Source: Camelus ferus
Taxonomy: Eukaryota
DNA: 64,000 nt
Assembly (NCBI RefSeq): GCF_009834535.1
Contig: NC_045697.1
Coordinates: 79,920,001-79,984,000, forward strand
Direction of reading: 5' to 3'
The position numbers and the translations under genes are program-made. The notes beneath the pieces are model-generated. The model did no database searches, was not told the DNA's origin, and worked only from the letters and a program-made list of their open reading frames with translations. Position 1 is the stretch's first letter. Every line of letters begins with the position of its first letter. This document shows positions 52,833 through 64,000 of the stretch, piece after piece.

Positions 52833-53970
52833 AATCCCAGAATGTGGAAACAGGAAGAGCATTGTAATCCAGATGAATTATATGTATTAGGAGGAAAGCA
52901 AGACCCAGAGATACGATCCTGAAAGCAGAGACACAAAAGATGGGCCATTAGAGATCTGGATAAATCAGAAGCTTGTAAAGTCCTCTTAACTATTCATCCC
53001 CACTCATTTTCTCTACTGCTACCTACCTTCTCAACCTCTTTCCCTGTGACAGCCTTTTTTTCTCTCTTAAGCCTGAAATCATCAGTTAATTTATGAACTT
53101 GGGATTTTATTTTCTCTTTCATTTCTTGCCCATTATTCTTATATTTTGCCTCACATGTCCCACCCACTGTGCTTTTTTGGGGGACATATCACCCTAAAAA
53201 GAAATAAAATCCAAAAGACAGAGGGTATATGGAGATTGCTCGAGAATCAGAAACTGTGCCTGAAGTATCAAGGTCAGAAAGTTTCATAAATAACGAAATG
53301 TATAGTTGTGCCATAATTTTATTTGATGCTGTTTTAATGCTATTTATTGATAATAGATTCCATTTTTGAGCAGTAATTATGTAATTTGTAAATGATAATG
53401 AAAAACATGAATGGAAACCTTTAGAAGAATGAAAAAAGGACCCTTCTCTTTTATGAGCCTCAGAGAGCACTTCACGAGAATTTATGAAAATAGTGACAAT
53501 TCAAGGGAGAAGCTAGATGGACAAATTGGATTAAGAAGAATTTTCAGGTGGAAGTTGTGTTAGGACAATCAAAATGAAAATAATGTAACAATAGAATCTC
53601 TAGGTGTGGCTTTAGGCAAGTAGGATTTTCACGTTCAACAATGCAGCGTACTCTGCTTTTCCATCTTCTTGGGCTTGCCAAACATATAACGAGCCACAGT
53701 CTTTTTTATGCTGACCCTGCACACATAGGATCTCTCTTGCTCTCTCCCTGCTTCTTCTGTTCTGTCTCTGTCTTTCTCTGGCTCTCTGTCAAGCTCTGTC
53801 TTGTTTTCTCTCTTACTCTTCTTTATCATTTCACTGATAGGAATCCTATTACCTATCTACTGAGTTGCTATGACTGAGTTTAGGAAACCCTCTCTTCAGA
53901 TTGGCAATGGGTGCAATCTTAGTTTTCATCAAAAGTGAACTCAGGTCTCATTCTTTCATTCTCTTGGCAG

Positions 53971-54069
53971 GATGGGTTGACACCCCTTCATTGTGCTGCA
54001 AGAAGTGGACATGACCAAGTGGTAGAGCTTCTGCTGGAACGGGGTGCTCCCTTGCTGGCAAGGACTAAG
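53971..54069 (+). CDS. ANK2: Ankyrin-2 coding exon (exon 10): [33 protein letters not shown]
   Basis: 99 nt, gcag|GAT...AAG|gtgagt. Confidence 0.97.
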
Positions 54070-54450
54070 GTGAGTCATTATGGGTAAGCCAGGGTCCAGC
54101 AAACTCTTTAAGACATCTTTTTGATAATCTCTTTTTTTCCTGGAATCAGAGCATCAGCCAAGCATATTCTAGTTGCTCAATGTCTGTGTGCTAGGAATGA
54201 GTAATATATATCAAACTTTTTAAACTGTTTAAAAATTTAAAATATATGCATTGAGAAGTATTAAATGTATAACTTCACATTCTTCCTATGTTTTTACCTG
54301 CTATTCTCTGTGCAGATGGAAATATGAATATTACTGTATTATATGTAAATAAGAATATTATATGTAAATGAGAATATATCTTGCATTCTATTAGTTTACA
54401 CTTCTATGATACTCTGAGATGGCTATAAAATATGTATAAAATTATCTTTT

Positions 54451-54721
54451 TTATTGAAGTATAGCTGATTTACAAGGTTGTGTTAGTTTCTGGTGTACAG
54501 CATAGTGATTCAGTTATACATATACACACATATATACGTATATATTCCTTTTCCTATTCTTTTTCATTATAGGTTATTACAAGATATTGAATATAGTTTC
54601 CTGTGCTATATATTGGAGCTTTTTATATATATATAAAATATATAGTAGTATCTTCAAATCCCAAACACTAAATTTATCCCTCCCCCTTCCCCTTTGGTAA
54701 CCATAAGTTTGTTTTCTATGT
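54451..54721 (-). mobile_element. 5'-truncated L1 (3'UTR only) with 14-bp TSD
   Basis: ttattgaagtatagctgatttaca...tggtaaccataagtttgttttctatg; TSD TAAAATTATCTTTT at 54437-54450 and 54722-54735. Confidence 0.9.
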
Positions 54722-56079
54722 TAAAATTATCTTTTAAATCAGCACAAGTAGCAATACAAGATAAGTCTTTTTACTCTCCAATCTTTATCACTTGGACAAA
54801 ACTAGTAAGAAGAATTACTCACCATTGGTGTTGGTTGATTATAATTGGGACTATAGGTGATCTAGAAAGCACGAGTTGGGAGAGGCCATCTACAAAGGAC
54901 CAGTGAACAAACATATTGTTCTCTCTGGCACAGCACATCTAGCACTTCCTGTCTCATTTCATCCATATGCCCAGCCATGGGGAGAACTCTTATCCATATA
55001 AATAAAAACCAAGTGATGAGCTGATACGTTGGAGGTTTTCTTTGGGTTACCAGAAAATATCATGAGACAGAAATTGAAGATAATGACACAGAGTTATGAA
55101 ATGGGAAATGCAACAACCCTTGGATCCTTAAATACAACAAACATTTAGACAAGGGACATTTCTTACATTTTCTCTCTGTTTCATCTCCCCACCCCTTGAA
55201 CATGGTTTGCATCAACTGATGCTGTTACTAGGGTAAGCTGAGAAAAATAAGGCAGCCTACACAGCAAATATTTTTCAACTTATATTACATTTTAATTGAA
55301 TGTTTAATTGAAATCATTTGGAGCAAAAACCAGCACACACATTCAAAATTTACATAGAATGAACTCAGTCTTTAGAGGTGGGCTCCACAGACCACGAAAG
55401 GGTGGCTTCAGATCAGAAATGTATGAAGATGAGAAATAAATCATCTGCATTATTTTCATTCTCATACTTATACTGTGAATGTTGTAGAGCTCTGTCTTTA
55501 AAATGCAATGTTTTGTCCTGGCTAATGCAGAGATAATTGTTTTGCTGAGGAAACAGATTTAAATTTAAATGGAAATAACAAAATTTCAGACCAGTCATGT
55601 TATAACCAATAAAAAGCCTGTATCAAACTGAAGATAGGCAGATATGCTACAGTTTCTTCCACAAACTATAAAATAACCTCATCTACAGAATTTGTCAGTA
55701 ATTGTCGTATCACTAATGAAGACCATGGATTACCGAGATGGAAATTTTTAATGGCCTTCTTGTAAAATCAAATGTCATTCATATATAAGGATCCAGCATA
55801 AAGCATCTAGGTCTGCATGATTATATTCATTCACGCTTCCAACTATCATAGTGAGTCACTACAATGTGCCAGGCAGTGTTCTGGTCACTAAGGGACTCTC
55901 AAGATAAATAATCTGCAGTCTGTATTTTCAAGAAGCTCAAAATTTAAGTAGGTAAGATAGACAAGGAGATAATTACAAAGAGTAGAGCTATGTGCAGGGT
56001 AAGGAACACGAGGAAAATGAACTAACCAGCTTGGCGTGAGGTGATCCTACTAGGCTGGGAAGGGAAGAGGCACCTAATA

Positions 56080-58104
56080 CCGGACTATCTCCCTCCTTCT
56101 CCATAAAAACTTCCAATTTTGAGTCATCCATTATTCCTCCTTCAAGCAAATATTCATCTATCTAGTGGTCGCTCTCCCTCATTCTTTGAAAATTCAAACT
56201 CTCGGCAAACTGTGCCTCTTCTCCACAACCGCTGTTCTAATTCTTGATGACTTGAATAATCTTGGCAAGAGCAGTAGATGATCCTTCTAGTTGGCCTCTC
56301 AGTTTGGTGACTGTAAACCCTCTGTAGTGACTGGTTGTAACCTCCCTACTGTCTCACCACCTCCTTCCATGTTGCATCTCACTCTCTCTGGAACCCCAAC
56401 TCCAGAAATTCGTTTTCCCTTCTTGGCTCCATCAGCCATTGTTAAACTGTCCCTCATTCACGTTATGCCCTCAGCTCTGCCCAACATAAATTCCACTGGT
56501 ATTTATACCACTTCTAGATGTATTCATACACACTTGCTACATTTCACCCTGATTGAATCCAACTCTTGTTTTTGCAGCTGAAGGCAGCTGCAGAAACCAC
56601 ACAATCACACCTACCGGACTGACTTTAAATTCATGATCCCTAATGTCAAATCGCCTAACAATACCCTGTATTCCCCAAATCTGCTCACTCTTACTCCTTG
56701 CCGTCTGATCGTTCTATACTTTTTCATTTTTCTTCCAACTTCATACACTTGTTTCCTTGTCTTCACTTCCCACAACACTGAGAAGTTTGAAGCAATTGGA
56801 AGAGAATTTCTACAGGCTCCCACCTCTGTATCTCTACAGTGACATGAATCAGAGCCCCTAGTCTGTTCTTCCCTCTTGCTATCATCTGGCACAACTGCTT
56901 ACTCCTCCCTTCTCAAGACACTTTCCTTATTTGCCCTCTGGGACATCAGTCTCCTGGCTTTCCTTCTGTGTTTCTAGCTGTCACTTCTCAGTCTCCTTTC
57001 CTAGCTCATCCTCCTCACTCTCAGCTCTCTGAGTGTTAGAACCTTCAGAGGTCAGTGTTTGTGTCTTTTCTCTGTCTGTGCTCACTCACTAAGAAATATC
57101 CAGTTTCACCTCTAGATACTACCTATATGCTGATGACTCACAAATGTGCATCTCCAGAATTCTACATTGAGGTGTCAGCTCACCATTGCTGCTTGGGTGT
57201 CCATTGGACATCTCAAATTTAGTAAGTTCAAAATTCAGCTCCAGATATTTCCCCCACCCCTGCACTTAACCCCTTTGTAGTCTTCTCTACAGTGAGTGGC
57301 CATTCCATACTTGCGGTTTCTCATCATGCAGTGTTTGGCTCTCCTCTTTCTCCCTTTCTCGCTCCATCCTGTCACCACACCTTGTCACCTCTTCCTTCAG
57401 AACATATCACTAAGTCGGCAGCTTCTCAGCAGTCTCATTACTACCACTGTGGTCCAGCTCACCATCAACCCAACTGGATGACTGCAAAAGGCCGCTAATT
57501 AGCCTTCCTTCTTCTCCCTTAACCCCATCAGTCTACTCTTAACACAACAACTCAAGTAATCCTGCTGTCCTAACCTTTCCAACAGGGCCCATCTCACTCT
57601 GAGTAACAGTCAAAGGCCCTGCGCTGACTGGCAGGGTCTCCTACATCTCAGAATCCATCTCCTTGTAAGTCCTCCTCATTTACTTGCCTTAAGCCACATT
57701 CTCCTACTGTGAATCGACTGTGCCCAGGTGTGGACCTGTTTGCACCTTTTCCTCTACCTCAGAAGCTCTTCCTTCAGATCAATAGACCAGGCTTCTTATT
57801 TTCATCATGTCTTTCATCAAAGCTCACCTTCTCAGTGAGGCCATTTCTGACCACTCTATCCAAAATTGCACTCATATACACAAACTCCCTTGGCCATCCT
57901 GTGCTTTAGTTTTCTTCTGAGCACTGATGGCCTTCTAACGTACTGTATATTTTAATTCTTATTCTTTTTGACCTGCGTGTCTACCACATTAGACGTAACC
58001 TCCATGAAGACAGGGGCTCCCTGTCTGTCGTAGTCCCTGCTGTAGCCTTCGTACTCGAACAGGGCTTCAGCAGGTGCTCAGTAAGTATTTGTAAAAATGA
58101 ATAA
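56080..58104 (+). mobile_element. Long degenerate L2 element
   Basis: About 2 kb C/T-rich tract with L2 motifs (atatgctgatgactcacaaatg, catctcaaa), ending ctccatgaagacaggg...gtgctcagtaagtatttgtaaaaatgaataaa. Confidence 0.8.
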
Positions 58105-59457
58105 AAGATTAAATGGTGAAGGCTTTTATTTTTCACATAATCTTTAAATGGATTAAACAGCATTAAAGATTGATAAACCGACTGACAGAGAAGCATGTGA
58201 CACACCAGTCCAAACATTGCCAAGGCCTGAATTTCTCCTGTACTTTGCCCTTTGTACTGTCTTCCCCATAATGCATAACTAGCTTCTCATCGACTCTGTT
58301 TTCTAAATTCACTTTATGAATTTACCAATATAAAATTAATAATTATAAAGAGTATTTCAAAAATAAAATACTAATATTAATAATTTAAAAATTATGTATA
58401 CTACTACTATCCACAAACGAGCACAATTAAGATTTTGATGTATTTGTTTTTAGCTGTCCTTCCTATACTGTTGAAATCACCTTCCTTGTTGAAAATATTG
58501 GGCCTTGGACCTATTCTGGCTTCTTAGACAATTTCTGCTTCTTTAAATGTAGTGGCTGCCAGACTAAATACTTGGTCAACAGTTATTTTCTTGTCACTGT
58601 ATTTGCATTGATTATGAAGAAAAGACAATAATCCTCTCTCTTTAACATTTTCTAATTAAGTTTCTTTACTAATTTTATGTACTTTTCCCCTATAAGATTA
58701 TTTATTTATCTTTAAAAAGTGAGAGTTTTACCTAGACTAATAATTAGCAGTGAGTTACCCTGCTGTCTTGTGTTCCTGCTGTTGACCTTCTGAGGATGAA
58801 GGCTAAAGCTGTTTTTGGTAGTATCGATGTAAATTTAGATTATCCTCAAAATTTTAAAGTTGGGAGGTCACTGACACATGGTCCCCATTTGCCTCACACT
58901 TTTCTAGCTCTTTCATGAGTGCTTTCTCCAAGTGCAATTCATGTCTCATGACAGAAAAAAAGAAGTTACAGAATTTCAAAGCAGCATGAATCTAAGGGAT
59001 GACCAAAATCTTTTTTCCCTGACCCACCCACTTGCTTCTCCAGCACCCACCTCCCTCTCCATTTAGAAGTAAAGAAATTCGTGCAGAGAGATTAATTGAA
59101 TATAGATGTCTATATATGGGATTAGATACAGATCATTTAAGCATCAGCTACTACTTGTTTTTGTACATCTAATATCTCCCTAATAATTGTGAGAGCCAGG
59201 GAATTGCTGCACACATGATGTGTTCATTCATGAAAGACATAATTTATTTTTGCCCAAGAATAGCATAGTTATGAAATTAAACATTCTCTTACTTCCTTCT
59301 CTGCCAAACATAATCTACTGCATATTTAGATACCTAATGGTAGTTATTTTTCTCTGCTGCCAACTGTGCCAGCGATCAAGAATTGGCTGTTGTGTTTCAG
59401 AATCCTGAAAGTAATGACTAAAATGTGGACTTGGTTTGGTTTTGTTTTGTTGCACAG

Positions 59458-59655
59458 AATGGGCTGTCTCCACTTCACATGGCTGCACAGGGGGACCACA
59501 TGGAATGTGTGAAGCACCTGCTGCAGCACAAGGCACCTGTTGATGATGTCACCCTGGACTACCTGACGGCCCTCCACGTTGCCGCACACTGTGGCCACTA
59601 CCGTGTAACCAAACTTCTTCTGGACAAGAGAGCCAATCCGAACGCCAGAGCCCTG
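59458..59655 (+). CDS. ANK2: Ankyrin-2 coding exon (exon 11): [66 protein letters not shown]
   Basis: 198 nt, acag|AAT...CTG|gtaaac. Confidence 0.97.
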
Positions 59656-61188
59656 GTAAACCTGGCCCAGTCCACGTTCACTGAATATAGATCAACACAA
59701 GCAAACCCACATTGATTGACCAATGGTTGCAGACACCAGCAATGCATGGTTACAGATATGTAGTTAAGTCTAAGTTTGTCACCTCCCACAAGCTGCCTGC
59801 CTACCTCATGCCTTCACAGTTTGCTATTAAATGTCGGTGAGCAGGGGTAGATTTAAGAGAACACCAAGGTGATATTTCCATAACCAGCAAGTTGTAGATA
59901 GCTATGAAACCTCTGGAGTGGTACTCATTTTCACATGGAAAGTAGAAGGTGAAAAATAGGCAATTAAAAAATAAGTTCTAGACACTTGTATATAGAGTCA
60001 CAGTAAAATTGTAAAAAAGTGGAACTTCATTAATCTTTTTTGGGAAAAAAAGGTTTTAAAGTGGTGAATAGATTTGACTACGTAAGATACGTAAAATATA
60101 AGCCTGTGAAAGATTCACTTGGAGATTTTCCTTATTGACCTGATTACTCAACCATAGGCTAATAGAAGAGTAATGCTTAGTGTCTTTTTGCTTCAGGAAG
60201 CATTTTATATAGACTATTTCAGGAATTGCTCAAGAGAATCTGCAAGAGGCTGTCCATAGAGCAGCTCTGCTTCTCCCAAGGTCTAATAACGAATGAGTCT
60301 GCCTCGCTTCACTTACGTTCTAACCATAATCACTGGAAGAATTAGGCCTGTACTAATGGATGCCTCTTGTTTCCTAATTCTCAAACTAAAAGCAGTCCTT
60401 TCTTCTGTGTCTACATGGTTTATGTCAGTGAAAATTAGTCATCGGACAGTCATTTAAGAGAATGTCATTAGAATTAGCAAATATTAAATATTATTATTAT
60501 TAGAAATTTTCCATTGGAATCAATTTATTCAGTATTGACTGGGAAGCAACTATACTTTGAGGGTTATGTGCCATTATGTGAGGATATTTATTTTCTTACA
60601 AGGAGGAAAGGACTCACTTTCAATTGGATAGTGATCAGTAAGCTTGTGAAATGTCATAGTCTAATCATTGCAGATCTTTTAAGGGCAGCATGTACATGTG
60701 GTTATTTACACCTGGCTTATTACCTAGCTCATAAATGGGAGATTACTTAACAAATATTGTGAACAGTGATGTTATTAGGTTAAATAAAATTGTGTACTTT
60801 CCTGAGAACTGCTAGTGTAGAAAACTACTGACTGATAAACGGTCCCTGTTGAGACATGCAAAATTGTTAATTAGCAGAATAGGCATAACTATTCTATATA
60901 GAGACATCATTATTCAAATAAAAATATAATGCTTAAATATAACACATAAGGATTAAGCATGGGGTTAGTTAACAAATTTTTATGTAATTTCCCCCAATTC
61001 CTGCACGCTAGCTGAGTACAGAAAGTTAGGAAGTACCTTAAAGACTCTCCACGTTCCTTTGCTTCTAAGAGATATCTTCTTCCAGTTACTCCAGAAGTCC
61101 TCCATACTTTTCTTGAAAATTGTTCAGGAACTTAATAATCATTTCTTTTTAAAATAAAATGTATCTGATTGGCGTATGTCATAAATAC

Positions 61189-61362
61189 GTTTTAATATAA
61201 GAAATATAACTTTTGGCTATAAAATATTATCAACATAAATAATGATTTCCAGCAATATCCAACAACTCCTTCTAAAAATGTTTTAATATAAACAATATAA
61301 CTTCTGGGTGTAAAAAATTATCAACATAAATAATGATTTCTATTAATTTACAACACCTCTTC
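61189..61362. repeat. Diverged tandem duplication, period 91 bp
   Basis: gttttaatataa...aatataactt...attatcaacataaataatgatttc starts at both 61189 and 61280. Confidence 0.85.
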
Positions 61363-61849
61363 CCTAAGGAAAACGTTAGCTAAGCTGAAACATTCATTAT
61401 AGAGGCAGTCATGTCTTTAGATTTTTGAAGTAAAACAGGTAACGATTTCCTGCTCTAAGAAATAGCCCATCATCAGAAATCCACTTGCTTATCTGTGATG
61501 CATCTTCAAACTTTTATAATCTGACCCATCAGTCTACTTGAAAACATTTTAGAACTTCTAAAGTATAATTGCCTCACTTTTCTCTCTTGGAAGGGTAGGC
61601 CCATGGACTTTTCTTCCCTTTTGTTTTCTCTGTAACCACACAAACAATGACACACCTGCCCACCACATATAAGCCAAGTTCAGAGCCTCCAGGAGGACAC
61701 CACCACTTTCTAAACCCAACACCGACCACGTTTGAAGAAACGGTGACCTTATGTGATGATGTAACATTATTGCCTGCAATGTGCCAGCATGGAGTTGTGT
61801 GAGAATCGTTTCTGCATGTTTTTGACTAACTTGATTGTCTTTTGCACAG

Positions 61850-61948
61850 AATGGTTTTACTCCACTGCACATTGCCTGCAAGAAAAACCGCATCAAAGTC
61901 ATGGAACTGCTGGTGAAATATGGGGCTTCAATCCAAGCTATAACAGAG
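61850..61948 (+). CDS. ANK2: Ankyrin-2 coding exon (exon 12): [33 protein letters not shown]
   Basis: 99 nt, acag|AAT...GAG|gtagaa; branch-point motif tgactaac at 61823-61830. Confidence 0.97.
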
Positions 61949-62112
61949 GTAGAAAAATGTTTCAGCTTGTCATGAAACATTCCTGCTCTTGCTCCTTCTC
62001 CCCTTTCCTTCCGCCCATCTTCTGTCCTCTTCACTCAAGTGTTGTTTATCTGAAGAAGCCCCAGAGCCCCACTGGTGCAGGGGAGTAAAACCGCTGTTGC
62101 TTTGTTTCGCAG

Positions 62113-62211
62113 TCTGGCCTCACACCAATACATGTGGCTGCCTTCATGGGCCACTTGAACATTGTCCTCCTTCTGCTGCAGAACGGAGCCTCTCCAGATG
62201 TCACTAACATT
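62113..62211 (+). CDS. ANK2: Ankyrin-2 coding exon (exon 13): [33 protein letters not shown]
   Basis: 99 nt, gcag|TCT...ATT|gtgagt. Confidence 0.97.
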
Positions 62212-62279
62212 GTGAGTATGGCTTGGGTCAGAATAACCACAGGGAGGAAGAGCGAGAGGAAGCGTGCGGGTGTGTGTAG

Positions 62280-62281
<2 letters not shown>

Positions 62282-62311
<30 letters not shown>
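62282..62311. repeat. (TG)n microsatellite
   Basis: Direct reading. Confidence 0.95.
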
Positions 62312-62312
<1 letters not shown>

Positions 62313-63616
62313 TGACCAAAGCTCAGCAGCCAAGCTTTGAGAAGAGCCCCCATGATAACATATTATTGAAACAGTTGCTAGGACATCGCTGAAAAGACCC
62401 TCCCTGGGGTAAGAAATGTTTTAAAAAAATAAAATGGAAGTTGTGGAGTAAGACTGTTCCAGCTTCCTGAAGGTACAGATGAATTGAACATCTGCATGCA
62501 TCTTAAATCCACTTATTAAAAAAATACATTTTACAAATGTACTTGAACTTGAATAAATGATTGATTGGAATAAAATCTTTAGGGCTTACTCTACTTGCTT
62601 GAGTGAATTGTATTCCAGGTAATTTTAGTTAAAATATTAAGTCAGTGATATCAAATGATTAACCAGAGATATATCAAAATTAGGAGATTTTTTTTTAACT
62701 TAATATCAAATTCTCCCTCCTTCAATTACGTGGATTTGCCACACTTTAACTTTACTTTGATTTTTCTTTTTGATTTGATTTTGTTTGCCACAAGGTTATG
62801 CCTTGCAACTTTTTCATGTATCCTGAAATCCATGTTGGTCTCCAGACAAGTTTTGTACTGCCAATAAATATTAGATATTCCAGAATTCTTCTACTTAATC
62901 TAAATTAGGATTTTTTCCTTCTTGTTTCTTTGTATTTCTCTCATTTTCTTGGAGGGTGCCCATTTAAATCTTGATAATTGAACACAAATTTTCTCCTGAG
63001 CAAGAGAATTTGCTCTGCACAAGATGCAATCATGTATTTGAAGCTCACCAGGACCCACTGGAAGATTGAGATTTTTTAAAATTATTTAGCAGAAATAACT
63101 CTCCCTAAATAAATGTTAGTGCTCATTAAAATGAATCATATTTCCAAATGCAGTTGATTTAGTATTGCTAATTTTTGGTATCCCATTCCATTTGAGTTGT
63201 GAAACGGAATGTTCAGTTTCATTTTTGATTCGTATTCCCTCTCACTCTGTCATTCCTTGTATCTTACAGTTTCTGTGCTGACTTTTCTGATCCGTGGAAA
63301 AAAATCCATGTGAAATTATTTGATTTTAAATATGATTTAATACTCTCTCTTCATAGTACTTACAGAGTATAACACCATTAAAGAATTGAAGTGTAGTCTA
63401 TGTGTGTTCCCCAAATTGCAGCTTATTGATCCTAAAGTAATAATATTATGTGCTAATTTTAACTACTCTATTAAGGATAAGAGGAATTTCACAACATTCC
63501 AGTTTGAGTTTAACTTGTAGTCACTTCTTCAAACTTCAAAAGAAATCAGTGGCATCCTTTTTCTGTTCAGAGATGTTCCCTTTTTTTAAATTGAGATCTA
63601 CACTTTTAAAAAAAAA

Positions 63617-63732
63617 TTTTCAGGGGTAATTAGGTTTATTTATTTACTTATTTTAATGAAGGTACTGGGGATTGAACCCAGGACCTTGTACATGCTAGGC
63701 AAGCACTCTACCACTGAGCTATACCTTCCCCC
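63617..63732 (-). mobile_element. tRNA-derived SINE (Vic-1-like)
   Basis: Reverse complement reads GGGGGAAGGTATAGCTCAGTGGTAGAGTGCTTGCCTAGCATGTACAAGGTCCTGGGTTCAATCCCCAGTACC followed by an A-rich tract and cctaattacccc; same family as the copy at 11823. Confidence 0.88.
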
Positions 63733-64000
63733 TAAACCAGTACCTTTTGAAGGAAGTTCTCTGAATACTTTCCCACTGTACTGTATTTTGCTTCTTTGCA
63801 TTCCAATGCCTACAGAATCATAGAAGCAATGGTGGTACTATGTTTAATTGTGTTATCATGTTATAATAATCACATAGACGAGTCTATTCTATGCAATGCT
63901 CAATTGAAATCCCCTGTGTTAATCTTTCAGAGGGGAGATTTTTGCAAAATCATCAAAGAAAGTGCACATAAAATGTTTGTGTGATTCTGTGGCACTCTTA

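Noticed and set aside
61558..62034. 158-aa minus-strand ORF
   Set aside because: Antisense to ANK2 exon 12 and flanking intron; no independent coding signal.

Overview
Mammalian genomic DNA (AT-rich, repeat-laden). Vic-1-like tRNA-derived SINEs suggest a camelid. The window lies inside the ankyrin-2 (ANK2, ankyrin-B) gene on the + strand. Eleven coding exons (3-13 by human canonical numbering as recalled) were mapped with GT-AG boundaries; all are phase 0 and together encode part of the ANK-repeat membrane-binding domain, including the 24-nt MMVNRTTE microexon. The intron before exon 3 holds a full-length, disabled, sense-oriented SEH1L processed pseudogene with a 15-bp target-site duplication (TSD). 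Introns contain L1, L2, MIR, MaLR, ERV solo LTRs, hAT MITEs, SINEs and microsatellites. The two most notable observations are: (1) a ~590-bp TSD-flanked, CpG-rich element at 30277-30868 made of L1 5'UTR pieces fused directly to the L1 3' end with no ORFs, possibly a spliced or non-autonomous 'mini-L1'; and (2) a candidate alternative first coding exon in intron 4 (25352-25435, MSCSNFYWCN...ITQK|GTAAGA) that would splice in frame to exon 5 and give an N-terminally truncated ankyrin-B. There is no evidence of a prokaryotic-type system (CRISPR, operons). Repeat family names and human comparisons come from recalled consensus sequences, not from a search, and the boundaries of old repeats are approximate.
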